DNA of 64,000 bases, from the NCBI GenBank assembly GCA_017619735.1, contig JAFZRT010000029.1, positions 14,087-78,086 on the forward strand. The letters run 5' to 3'. This document shows positions 28,736 to 40,435 of this stretch, piece after piece. The notes beneath the pieces are model-generated. The model made no database searches. It was not told where the DNA came from and was given only the letters and a program-made list of their open reading frames with translations. The position numbers and the translations under genes were made by a program. The DNA comes from Clostridia bacterium (GTDB lineage Bacteria; Bacillota; Clostridia; Christensenellales; CAG-138). How positions within the stretch are numbered: position 1 is the stretch's first letter; every line of letters starts with the position of its first letter.

Positions 28736-31129
28736 ATGACCAAAAAGCTGATCGCGATACTTGCGGTGCTTGCGATGACTTTCTCGCTCGTTCCCGCTTT
28801 CCCGGCTTCCGCTGAGCCCGAAGCCGATGTCACCGGCTCCGGCGATATCATATTCGATACCGACCCCGCCGGCGGCTACGAGGGCGATTACGTCGTCATC
28901 TACAACCCCGCGACTTCCGCTTATACGAGCTATTCGACGGGGACCATGACCGGCCTTATCGAGACCGAGGTCGATCCATATGCCAAATCCGCCGGCGTTC
29001 CCGTATCCGACGAACCCGTCAGGATCGACGTTGACGGCCTAATCGCAGAGATTGACGCTCAGAGGCCGAAGACCGAGCCCCCCCTGGCGGAGAGGACATC
29101 CTATAACGTGGGCGACGTGCGCACCTTCACCATCAGCAACTACAGCCCGGGTTCCTCCAATCTGAGCTTCAAATGCCTCGCCAAGGGCGATCACTGCTAC
29201 GTCTGGACCCCTTCCCAGAACGTGCAGAATTACTATCCCCTCGACGTGATAGATCCGAGCTACGCACAGCTCGTCTGCAACGAATTCGAGAGGAACTACG
29301 CCCTCATGAACGTCTCGTTCGGCAACCACTCCAACGGTTCCAACGGCGACGGCAGGGTACACCTCATGTACTACAATATCGACGACGGATTCCAGCCCGG
29401 CGTCAGCAACAGCTATGTCGCGGGTTATTTCTCCTCGTACGATTTCTCCACGAACGGCCTTCCGATGATCCACGTGGACACGTACCCCTGCGTCTACTAC
29501 GTCAACACCTCCGGTCAGGAGATCTATCAGCTCGAAAACTCCTACAGCGTATTCTGCCATGAGTATCAGCACCTGATCAATTATTCCCAGACCGGCGGCA
29601 TGGACACCTGGCTCAATGAGTGCATGAGCGCCGCCGCGGAGGAGATCTGCTATCCCGGCTCCAGCGTTATCCCCAGGATACAGAGCTGGGAGAATTATTA
29701 CTATTCCACCAACGGCGACTGGCTCAATCCTCCTCACGAATTCGCTTACAACCCCAATTACGAGCTCCATAACGGTTACTCCATGTACGACTGGAGCAAC
29801 TACATTAACTACGTTCTTCCGCTCTATGCGCAGGTCTCGCTGTTTGCACAGTACCTGTTCACGCACTACGGGAACCCCATATTCAGGAGCATAACGCAGG
29901 CCTATAACTCCTCCGGCAGCACGGTAACCGCCATTGCGAACGCCACAGGCGGCAATACGGCCGAGATAGTCAAGAACTTCCGCATTGCGCTCGTAGCCAA
30001 CGATTATGCGGCTTATGACGGCGAGTACGGCTTCATCCCGCAGGAGGGCTACGATCCCGAGGAATATCACAACGTACAGAATCCCTACGATCTGCTGGCG
30101 CCCGTCATATTCACCGGTACGAGCTGCTCGATTTCCGGCGGCGGCGCGATCACCGTCAAGCCCGTTGGCGGCGTTTACAATCCGCCCTCCGGCGCGGCTT
30201 CCGGCCTCGTCTACATCGGCATCACGAGGGTCACGAACACCGAGCCCGTCGCCCTTGAGGGCATCGAGCTTTCACAGTCCCAGGCGACGACGTACGTCGG
30301 CAATACGATATCGCTCTCCGTCGTGCGCACCCCCTATAACGCCAACAGCTTCTCGACGACTTGGACCAGCACCAATCCCTCCGTCGCCACCGTCGCCGGC
30401 GGGGCGAGGTCTGCGACCGTTACCGGCGTTTCAGTCGGCAGGACGACCATCATTTGCCGCGCGACCGACGATATAACCGGCAACACCTATACCGCAACGG
30501 CCATAGTCGACGTAAGGAACTTCCCGACGCTCAACGAGGCGCTCAACGTTTCCGGCGGCACGCTCAACTTCACCACGGCGGGCTCTTATCCCTGGGTCGT
30601 CAATCTCGACGGCGAGAGGGCTTACGCCAATTCCGGCAACGCAGGCGTCAACGATTCGAGCTCCGACGTTTCTACCACCGTCCACATGCAGGCGGGGGAG
30701 ACGCTCTCCTTCGAATGGGCCGTCAGCAGCGAATCCAGTTATGATAAGCTCAAGTTCTACGTAAACGGTGCGGAGACCGCCTCCATTGACGGCTCGGTGA
30801 ACTTCTACACCTACACCTACACAGCCGCGTCCACAGGCAATTACACCTTCAAATGGTCTTACGTCAAGGACTATTCCGTGAACAGCGGCTCAGATATGGG
30901 CTATCTCGACAACGTCGCTTACAGCGGCGATTCGCTCTCGGTGCTGCTCGGCGACGTCGATCTTGACGGCGACGTCGACACCGCGGACGCACTGCTGATA
31001 CTCCGCTACGCGATGAATCTGACGACGTTCACCGACGAGCAGCTCGCGAGGGCCGACGTCGATCAGAACGGCAGCGTCGACACAGCGGACGCGCTGCTCG
31101 TACTCAGGCAGACGATGCAGCTGAACTGA
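28736..31129 (+). CDS. Secreted putative zinc metallopeptidase (HExxH) with Big_2 Ig-like module and C-terminal type-I dockerin
   Basis: Signal peptide MTKKLIAILAVLAMTFSLVPAFPASA. HEYQH at 29558..29572 with downstream NECMSAAAEE. Big_2-like VTGVSVGRTTIICRATDD. The C-terminal duplicated Ca-binding repeats DVDLDGDVDTADALLILR / DVDQNGSVDTADALLVLR form a dockerin. Confidence 0.7.
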   Translation: MTKKLIAILAVLAMTFSLVPAFPASAEPEADVTGSGDIIFDTDPAGGYEGDYVVIYNPATSAYTSYSTGTMTGLIETEVDPYAKSAGVPVSDEPVRIDVDGLIAEIDAQRPKTEPPLAERTSYNVGDVRTFTISNYSPGSSNLSFKCLAKGDHCYVWTPSQNVQNYYPLDVIDPSYAQLVCNEFERNYALMNVSFGNHSNGSNGDGRVHLMYYNIDDGFQPGVSNSYVAGYFSSYDFSTNGLPMIHVDTYPCVYYVNTSGQEIYQLENSYSVFCHEYQHLINYSQTGGMDTWLNECMSAAAEEICYPGSSVIPRIQSWENYYYSTNGDWLNPPHEFAYNPNYELHNGYSMYDWSNYINYVLPLYAQVSLFAQYLFTHYGNPIFRSITQAYNSSGSTVTAIANATGGNTAEIVKNFRIALVANDYAAYDGEYGFIPQEGYDPEEYHNVQNPYDLLAPVIFTGTSCSISGGGAITVKPVGGVYNPPSGAASGLVYIGITRVTNTEPVALEGIELSQSQATTYVGNTISLSVVRTPYNANSFSTTWTSTNPSVATVAGGARSATVTGVSVGRTTIICRATDDITGNTYTATAIVDVRNFPTLNEALNVSGGTLNFTTAGSYPWVVNLDGERAYANSGNAGVNDSSSDVSTTVHMQAGETLSFEWAVSSESSYDKLKFYVNGAETASIDGSVNFYTYTYTAASTGNYTFKWSYVKDYSVNSGSDMGYLDNVAYSGDSLSVLLGDVDLDGDVDTADALLILRYAMNLTTFTDEQLARADVDQNGSVDTADALLVLRQTMQLN

Positions 31130-31150
31130 ATCGCAAAGGCACAGAAAAAA

Positions 31151-31172
31151 GCCCCCGATCGGGGGCTTTTCT
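31151..31172. terminator. Bidirectional terminator
   Basis: AAAAAAGCCCCC-GATC-GGGGGCTTTTC sits between convergent genes. Confidence 0.75.
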
Positions 31173-31180
31173 TTATTACA

Positions 31181-31795
31181 TCAGGCCCATTCGTTTTTGC
31201 TTTGGGGCTGCCTTATCCCGCTGAGTATGCCTTCGTAGGTCCAGAGGAACCACTGCTGAGTGGAGGGCTTGTTGCGGAGCACGACGTATCTTTCTGAATC
31301 GGCGCCCGAGGAGCGGAGGAACAGCCGCAGATAACCTTCGCCGAACTGATCGCGGCTGTGGGCAAGCTCCATCACGTTAACGGTATAGGGAACGGATGGG
31401 GTGTAATCGTTCTCGGGAGAGGTCCCCTCGAAATAGGAACGCGGCACGTAATCGTTCCCGTCCATGTATCTGTCGCGGATGAACGATATGTCGCTTGGCA
31501 CAAGAGGACGCGGGCCCTTGAGATAGTTGATCATCTCCAGCGCGTTGTCCTTGTTGTGCGGATACTCGCAGAAAGCGGCGACGGCGAAAGCGGCGACCCA
31601 ATACGGATCTTTCAGGTCCGCGCCGGGGAGCGACTTGAGCTCGTCAAGACTTTCGGGAAGCTTGACGAATACGCGCGGGAAGGTATTGTTGATCACGGCG
31701 CCGTTAACAGCTTCGGCCGCCTTTTCGGATATGGCGTTTTTCAGCGCGGAGCCGACCTTTTTCAGAAGATCGTCAAGGAAACTCATGGATTGCAC
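31181..31795 (-). CDS. Hypothetical protein (204 aa)
   Basis: ORF with coding-like composition, last gene of the recombinase-led transcription unit. I recognise no motif. Confidence 0.5.
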   Translation of the reverse strand: MQSMSFLDDLLKKVGSALKNAISEKAAEAVNGAVINNTFPRVFVKLPESLDELKSLPGADLKDPYWVAAFAVAAFCEYPHNKDNALEMINYLKGPRPLVPSDISFIRDRYMDGNDYVPRSYFEGTSPENDYTPSVPYTVNVMELAHSRDQFGEGYLRLFLRSSGADSERYVVLRNKPSTQQWFLWTYEGILSGIRQPQSKNEWA

Positions 31796-31826
31796 CTCTT
31801 TCTTTTGTAATTCTTTTTATATATTA

Positions 31827-32732
31827 TCATATCCCGAAGGATAATGCAAGACGGAACCAAAGCGGAGGCGGGGTCTGCGTAATCGATAATTCGTAAAGCT
31901 TCCGCAGCCATTCCTGCTCGAAATCCGTTTTTGCCGTGTTATCCGCGGGGAGCAGCCCTATCGCCGATAGCGTGCTCTGCGCTTTTATCGACAGAGCGTA
32001 TTCGATGAAGCCCGCGGCGTAGGGGAGCTTCTTTTCGTCGATCCCGACGAAAAGAGCGAGATACTGGTATTTCAATGTGCCCTCGATCGGTTCGGCCTCA
32101 AAATACGGACATTTTCCCATTAGCTCCGCACGGTAAAGATCACCCGTTCCGCGGATATCGCATATGCAGGAGGCCGTCTTTCCCCGTCGGAACTCATCGG
32201 GCGTTCCGGCGGACTCGGCAAGCGATGATAATTCAGCGTTCAGCGCGGCTGTTGGATCGTACACGAGAAAGCTGCCCGAGGCGCAATAGGGGAGAGCATA
32301 CGTTTTTTCGATCTCTCGGACGAACGTCCGAAAGGCCTTGCCTGCAAATGTGTCCCCGGAAATGCTTATGACGTCCGGCCTTGATCCGCGCGAAAGCTGC
32401 TCCAGCGCGTCCTCCGGGGAATAGGAGCTGACGTTGAAGTAAACGCCCGCGTAGCCCTTTGAATATCGCTCGGCGCGCTGCTTCAGCCAGTTTCCCAAGC
32501 TGCCGACATAGGGCCTGAAATCCGCGATATGCCATACGTCGATGATCACCGCGGCGCGTCCTGCGTCTCGCTGCAGCCATTGACGGTACCTGTCCTCGTG
32601 CAGTCCGTCCGAGAACCATTTCGGCGAAACGCAGACATAAATAGCCGCTCCGATAAGCGCGATCAGCCCGATCAGACGCTTTACAAAGCGGTTTTTCCCT
32701 TTGATTTTATTATTTTTTTCCGTATCTTCCAT
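31827..32732 (-). CDS. Hypothetical membrane-anchored protein (301 aa), possibly solute-binding-protein-like ectodomain
   Basis: N-terminal basic stretch plus TM (LIGLIALIGAAIYVCV). No catalytic motif recognised. It starts 28 nt downstream of the recombinase stop. Confidence 0.5.
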   Translation of the reverse strand: MEDTEKNNKIKGKNRFVKRLIGLIALIGAAIYVCVSPKWFSDGLHEDRYRQWLQRDAGRAAVIIDVWHIADFRPYVGSLGNWLKQRAERYSKGYAGVYFNVSSYSPEDALEQLSRGSRPDVISISGDTFAGKAFRTFVREIEKTYALPYCASGSFLVYDPTAALNAELSSLAESAGTPDEFRRGKTASCICDIRGTGDLYRAELMGKCPYFEAEPIEGTLKYQYLALFVGIDEKKLPYAAGFIEYALSIKAQSTLSAIGLLPADNTAKTDFEQEWLRKLYELSITQTPPPLWFRLALSFGI

Positions 32733-32760
32733 ACGGAAAACTATGCGGAAGGCGACCGGA

Positions 32761-33864
32761 TTATTCCTCCGTATTGTCGGGGAGGCGGGGGAGAAGCTCG
32801 TCTTCTTCGGCGCTTTCCCCGCGCAGCTTCACGATCTCCGCCGCCATGCGCCGTCTGTCCTCGCTCATTGCCGCGTAATGCTTCCTCGTGGTGTTGACGT
32901 CCTTATGTCCAAGCACGTCCGCGACCAGATATATGTCGCCGGTCTCGCGGTAGAGCATCGTTCCGTATGTCGATCTGAGCTTGTGCGGGGAGATCTTTTT
33001 GAGCGGCGCGGCTATCTGCGAGTATTTTTTGACGAGCATCTCGACGGAACGGACGCTCATGCGCTTTTTCTGCATGGAGAGGAAAAGCGCCTTTTCGTGG
33101 CCCTCGGCAGGGATGATGCTATCGCGGTAGATCATGTACCTGAGCAGCGCCTGTCTCACCTCGGAGCCGAATACTATCTGCTCCTCGTTGCCGCCCTTTC
33201 GTGTGATCCTGACCTCGTTGGACATGAAATTGAGGTCGTCGATATCGATGCCCACGAGCTCGCTGATACGCATGCCTGTTCCCAGAAACAATGTAATAAT
33301 TGCCGTATCACGCACTGCGTTCATCTGATGATATATTTTTTGCTTCTTCGTCAGTCCGTCGCCGCTTTCGACCGTTTCGAGGAGTTTTTCCATCTCGTCC
33401 GGCTCAAGCCGGATTATCGGCTTTTCGTGAAGTTTCGGAGTGTCGACGAGGGCGGGGGCGTTGTTCTTTATGCGCTCCTTTTTGTAAAGGTATTTGAACA
33501 GCGCGCGTATCGCCGAGAGCTTGCGCGCTTTGGCTCGTTCGCCGTTTATCACGAGCTCGTCCTTGTCGTCGTCCGGCTGATACAGGGATACGTATTCGAG
33601 ATAACACTCGATGCAGACCGAATCCACGCGTTCCAGCACCGAATAATCGATCTGCCGCATGGTTTCGAGTCCATGACAGATATCCGTACCGAGCAGATAC
33701 GTGAAAAACGTCTTGAGATCGACCGCGTATCCGTAGCGCGTCATGATGCCGGTGGTCAGTTCGATCCCGCGGAAAAACTCCGTGCAGCAAGGCGGAAGCG
33801 ACGAAACGAGCTCGCGCAGCTTCAAAGTGTATTTCTTGGTTTTCTCGATAGAGTATTCGCTCAT
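32761..33864 (-). CDS. Tyrosine site-specific recombinase, long XerS/XerH-like form
   Basis: ATG 33864 behind AAAGGAGG (the track TTG/ATG at 33906 lies in the promoter). 367 aa. The catalytic set is visible: GTGMRISE (Arg), HKLRSTYG (HxxR), LGHKDVNTTRKHY (His...Tyr). N-terminal SAM-like core-binding domain. Confidence 0.85.
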   Translation of the reverse strand: MSEYSIEKTKKYTLKLRELVSSLPPCCTEFFRGIELTTGIMTRYGYAVDLKTFFTYLLGTDICHGLETMRQIDYSVLERVDSVCIECYLEYVSLYQPDDDKDELVINGERAKARKLSAIRALFKYLYKKERIKNNAPALVDTPKLHEKPIIRLEPDEMEKLLETVESGDGLTKKQKIYHQMNAVRDTAIITLFLGTGMRISELVGIDIDDLNFMSNEVRITRKGGNEEQIVFGSEVRQALLRYMIYRDSIIPAEGHEKALFLSMQKKRMSVRSVEMLVKKYSQIAAPLKKISPHKLRSTYGTMLYRETGDIYLVADVLGHKDVNTTRKHYAAMSEDRRRMAAEIVKLRGESAEEDELLPRLPDNTEE

Positions 33865-33900
33865 GGGGAAGCCTCCTTTGGTGCCTGCCTCATTATAACA

Positions 33901-33936
33901 CAACATTGCGTTAAAGACAAGTTTAACGCAATGTTG
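33901..33936. other. Perfect 15-6-15 inverted repeat: candidate recombinase core site (dif-like) or operator
   Basis: CAACATTGCGTTAAA-GACAAG-TTTAACGCAATGTTG; all 15 arm pairs checked base by base. It lies 36 bp upstream of the recombinase ATG and overlaps its putative promoter (TTGTCT-17-TATAAT, with TGT extended -10 at 33892..33900). Confidence 0.5.
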
Positions 33937-33964
33937 AATCGAGAAATATGCAAAATATATTATT

Positions 33965-34447
33965 TTAGTCCTCCGGAGAGGGCTCGGGCGTTTTTTCCGG
34001 CTCCATGGCCGCTTTGAGCTTTTTTATCTCTCCGCGTGCAAGTTCGTCGCAGCGGTTGTTGAACTCGTTGTCCGAATGGCCCTTGACCTTATGCCACGTG
34101 ACCTTGTGCGTCCGCGTGAGCTCGATCATTTTTTCCCAGAGGTCCTTGTTTTCGACCGGCTGCTTGTTTGATTTCTTCCAGCCGTTTTTCATCCAGTTGT
34201 ACAGCCATCCCTGATTGAACGTATCGCTCAGATAAGCGCTGTCCGTGTATATGTCGACTTCGCAGCTTTGCTTCAGCGCGCTTAAGGCCATCATAGCTGC
34301 GGTTATCTCCATGCGGTTGTTTGTTGTTTCAATCTCGCCGCCGGAAATCTCCTTGCGCGTGGTCTTATACATCAGTATTGCGGCCCATCCGCCCACGCCG
34401 GGATTTACCGAGCAGGCGCCGTCCGTGTAGATCGTGACCTTTTTCAT
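33965..34447 (-). CDS. rnhA: Ribonuclease HI
   Basis: 160-aa ORF. MKKVTIYTDGACSVNPGVGGWAAIL...TNNRMEITA...YTDSAYL...HKVKGHSDNEFNNRCDELA shows the full DEDD set. Confidence 0.9.
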   Translation of the reverse strand: MKKVTIYTDGACSVNPGVGGWAAILMYKTTRKEISGGEIETTNNRMEITAAMMALSALKQSCEVDIYTDSAYLSDTFNQGWLYNWMKNGWKKSNKQPVENKDLWEKMIELTRTHKVTWHKVKGHSDNEFNNRCDELARGEIKKLKAAMEPEKTPEPSPED

Positions 34448-35187
34448 GCTTCGAGATTATAATCCACGGTGAACAGCGGCAGTCTGTCTTCGACCTGCCA
34501 ATCGCCGTATACGCCGCAGTGAGCCGCACCGATCTCGATATGCAGCATGGCTATTCCGCAGTCGATCCCGCCGTAGCCGAAGTTCTTGGAAACGCAGGCG
34601 ATCTGCATGGAATCGGTCATAACGTCGAACTCCCAGGGCTGGGCGTTCCTCGCCGAAGGCGCAAGCCTGCCGCACTCGATCGCGCATTTCTGCCAGTCGG
34701 GCAGCTTTTTGAACGCCTCGTCGTCGAGGCCCGTAAGATTATATATTGTTTTGCGCGTCCTCTTGTGGGAGGGCTGCATCTCATAACGGCCGATGGAGAT
34801 CATGCAGCGGAGCTTTTCGCCCTCGTTCAGACGAATGAACGATTTTGCGAGCGCCTTGTTGTACGAAAGGCCGAGCCAGCAGGTGCCGTAGCCCATGGCG
34901 GTACACTCCAAAACAAAGGCCTCTCCGACGGATCCGACCATGTAATCGCTTTCGTTCCCGCGGGAGATTATGGCCGCAAAAGTATCGGTGCCGCTTATGG
35001 TTTTGCCGATTATCGCGTCGAAAATGCCGTCCTTTTTGCCAACGACGATCCTAACGTCGTCAGTGCTCAGATACTGCGCGGCCTCCTTGAGATCAAGGAG
35101 CTCGTCGCGGGTGACGCTGTCGGAATATTTGCGGACCGAGACCCTTTTCCTTATCGCCTCGTACCATTTTTCCATTGAAAGTTCCAC
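34444..35187 (-). CDS. Nitroreductase-family protein
   Basis: 247-aa ORF with RVSVRKYSD and SARNAQPWEF, typical nitroreductase-fold motifs. 4-nt overlap with rnhA. Confidence 0.7.
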   Translation of the reverse strand: MELSMEKWYEAIRKRVSVRKYSDSVTRDELLDLKEAAQYLSTDDVRIVVGKKDGIFDAIIGKTISGTDTFAAIISRGNESDYMVGSVGEAFVLECTAMGYGTCWLGLSYNKALAKSFIRLNEGEKLRCMISIGRYEMQPSHKRTRKTIYNLTGLDDEAFKKLPDWQKCAIECGRLAPSARNAQPWEFDVMTDSMQIACVSKNFGYGGIDCGIAMLHIEIGAAHCGVYGDWQVEDRLPLFTVDYNLEA

Positions 35188-35211
35188 TGCTGCCTCTCCC
35201 CCGTCCTTTTG

Positions 35212-38033
<2,822 letters not shown>

Positions 38034-38037
<4 letters not shown>

Positions 38038-40058
38038 TTTCTGGTCCTCTGCCTTGCTCTCTTTTTGCTGCCGACAGTGCCCGGCGCGGCGCGCCTTGCT
38101 CCGTCGGGTTCTCTGCCCTGGAGACGGAACAGTTCGTCGCGCAGTTTTGCGGCTTCCTCGAACTCGAGCTCCATAGCCGCCTGACGCATCTGTTCGGATA
38201 TGAGACGGATGCGCTCGGCGCGCTCCTCCTCCGTCATCCCGTCCTTCGACGGCTTTGCCTTGGAGCTGATCTCTATTACGTCGTGCACCGCCTTTTTGAT
38301 GCTCTGCGGGGTGACGCCGTGTTCAAGGTTGTACCGCATCTGCTTTTCACGGCGGCGGTTGGTCTCGTCTATCGCCCTCTGCATGGAGTCGGTGACGGTG
38401 TCGGCGTACATTATAACGCGTCCCTCCACGTTCCTTGCGGCTCGGCCGATCGTCTGAACGAGCGAGGTGGTCGAGCGCAGGAAGCCCTCCTTGTCTGCGT
38501 CGAGTATTGCCACGAGGCCGACCTCGGGAAGGTCGAGCCCCTCCCTTAACAGGTTGATGCCAACGAGCGCGTCGAATTCGCCCAGACGCAGATCCCTTAT
38601 TATCTCCATCCTCTCGATGGTCTCGATATCCGAATGCATGTATCTCACGCGGACGCCCATACCGTCGAGATATTCCGTCAGCATTTCCGCCATTCGCTTC
38701 GTAAGGGTCGTTACGAGCGTCCTGAAGCCCTTTTGAGCGGTTTTGCGTATCTCCCCGAGAAGATCGTCGACCTGGCCCGAAACCGGCCGTATGACGATCT
38801 CGGGGTCCACAAGGCCGGTCGGCCTTATTATCTGCTCCGCGATCTGCGACGCATGCGAAAGCTCGTATTCCGCCGGAGTTGCGCTTACGCAGATGAGCTG
38901 CGACACCCTCTGCTCGAATTCGTCGAAAGTCAGCGGGCGGTTATCGTACGCGCTGGGTATGCGGAAGCCGTATTCGACGAGCTCCGTCTTCCTCGACAGG
39001 TCGCCGCGGTACATGGCCCTGAGCTGTGGCAGAGTGACGTGGGACTCGTCGATGATCGTGAGGAATCCCTTCGGGAAATAGTCCATGAGCGTGAACGGGG
39101 GCTCCCCCGGCTTCCTGCCGTCGAAGTATCTCGAATAATTCTCTATGCCCTGACAGTAGCCTATCTCGCGGATCATCTCCATATCGTACGTCGTGCGCTG
39201 CTCAATGCGTTGCGCTTCGAGCAGCTTGTTCTGCGCCTTGAACTCCTCTGCGCGCGCCATCATGTCGCGCTTGATCTCGCTCAGCGCGTCCTCGAGCTTT
39301 TCCTTGTCGGTAGCGTAATGCGTCGCGGGGAATATCACGACGTGGGCGAGCGTCCGCAGCGGCACGCCCGTCAGAACGGAGATCTCGGAGATGTTCTCTA
39401 TCTCGTCGCCGAAGAGCTCTATCCTTATGGCCTTCTCGTATTCGCTCATGGGGAATATCTCGATGACGTCGCCCTTGACGCGGAATGTGCCTCGGGAGAA
39501 ATCCAGCTCGTTGCGCTGATACTGCATGTCCACGAGCTTGCGCAGTATCGCGTCGCGCTCCGCCTGCATGCCTATACGCAGAGACATGCTCATCCGCATG
39601 TATTCCTCGGGGCTTCCGATAGCGTAGATGCAGGAGACCGAAGCAACGATTATGACGTCCTTCCGCTCCTTCAGCGCACAGGTCGCGCTGTGACGCAGAC
39701 GGTCGATCTCCTCGTTTACGGACGACTCCTTTTCGATGTATGTATCAGACGAGGCGATATAGGCCTCGGGCTGATAGTAATCGTAATAGCTGACGAAGTA
39801 CTCGACGGCGGAATCGGGAAAGAACTCGCGAAGCTCCGAGCAAAGCTGCGCGGCGAGGGTCTTGTTGTGCGCTATGACGAGGGTGGGCATCTGCACCTTT
39901 TCTATGACCTTTGCCATGGTGAAGGTCTTGCCGGAGCCCGTCACGCCGAGCAGCACCTGCAGCCTGTCCCCGCGCTTTACTCCCTCCGCAAGCTTTTCGA
40001 TCGCCTGCGGTTGATCGCCCATCGGTTCAAAGGGCGATACGGCCTTGAATACGTCCAT
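38034..40058 (-). CDS. uvrB: Excinuclease ABC subunit B
   Basis: 674 aa with [14 protein letters not shown] helicase motifs, and the C-terminal UVR domain ([12 protein letters not shown]). Confidence 0.97.
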
Positions 40059-40219
40059 CTATATTGATTCTCCCTAAATGATCTCAATATGCATTATACC
40101 ACCAAACGGCCCCGCATGGAAGCACTATTTCCCCGTTTCCCGAAATTGGACGGGCTCCCAACGATCCACGATTGAACGGCGGCTGACATGAATGGTATCA
40201 TAGCTTCGGAGGTGATAAA

Positions 40220-40390
40220 ATGCTAAAAACCGTTCTGTTCGTGCTGTATGCGCTCATGATACCTCTCGTGCCGCTGTGGGGCGTCCGTCATTACAGACGG
40301 AACAAAAACGGCTCGAAGGAGATCGTATGCTGGGTGCTCTTCGCGGTGCAGACGCTCGTATCCGTCGGGAGCATAATATCGTATGTATAA
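40220..40390 (+). CDS. Small two-TM membrane protein (56 aa), not in the ORF track
   Basis: ATG 40220 sits 5 nt after GGAGGTGA. My translation is MLKTVLFVLYALMIPLVPLWGVRHYRRNKNGSKEIVCWVLFAVQTLVSVGSIISYV*, two hydrophobic helices joined by a basic loop. Candidate extended -10 (TGGTATCAT) upstream and a hairpin terminator downstream. Confidence 0.35.
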   Translation: MLKTVLFVLYALMIPLVPLWGVRHYRRNKNGSKEIVCWVLFAVQTLVSVGSIISYV

Positions 40391-40396
40391 ACAAAA

Positions 40397-40422
40397 ACCG
40401 ACCGCGCTGTGCGGCCGGTTTT
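40397..40422. terminator. Hairpin terminator between convergent genes
   Basis: ACCGACCGC-GCTGT-GCGGCCGGT (one mismatch), followed by TTTTAT; A-run on the other side. Confidence 0.5.
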
Positions 40423-40435
40423 ATGATTGAACGGT

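Noticed and set aside
28600-28815. Short plus-strand ORFs in the ord / dockerin-gene intergenic region (28527..28739, 28600..28815)
   Set aside because: They lie across two divergent promoters, have no RBS, have AT-rich non-coding composition, and run out of frame into the signal peptide of the next gene.
38634-40067. 477-aa plus-strand ORF opposite uvrB. The same applies to 35647..36594 opposite uvrA, 42355..43587 and 43615..44439 opposite leuS, 47427..48308, 49059..49913 and 50436..51224 opposite polC, and 751..1893 opposite tig.
   Set aside because: They are antisense to universally conserved genes identified by multiple motifs. These are GC-rich frame artefacts.
40059-40219. SOS (LexA/Cheo-type GAAC-N4-GTTC) box upstream of uvrB
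   Set aside because: I scanned the 160-bp upstream region by eye and found no GAAC-N4-GTTC-like palindrome. No claim is made about SOS control.
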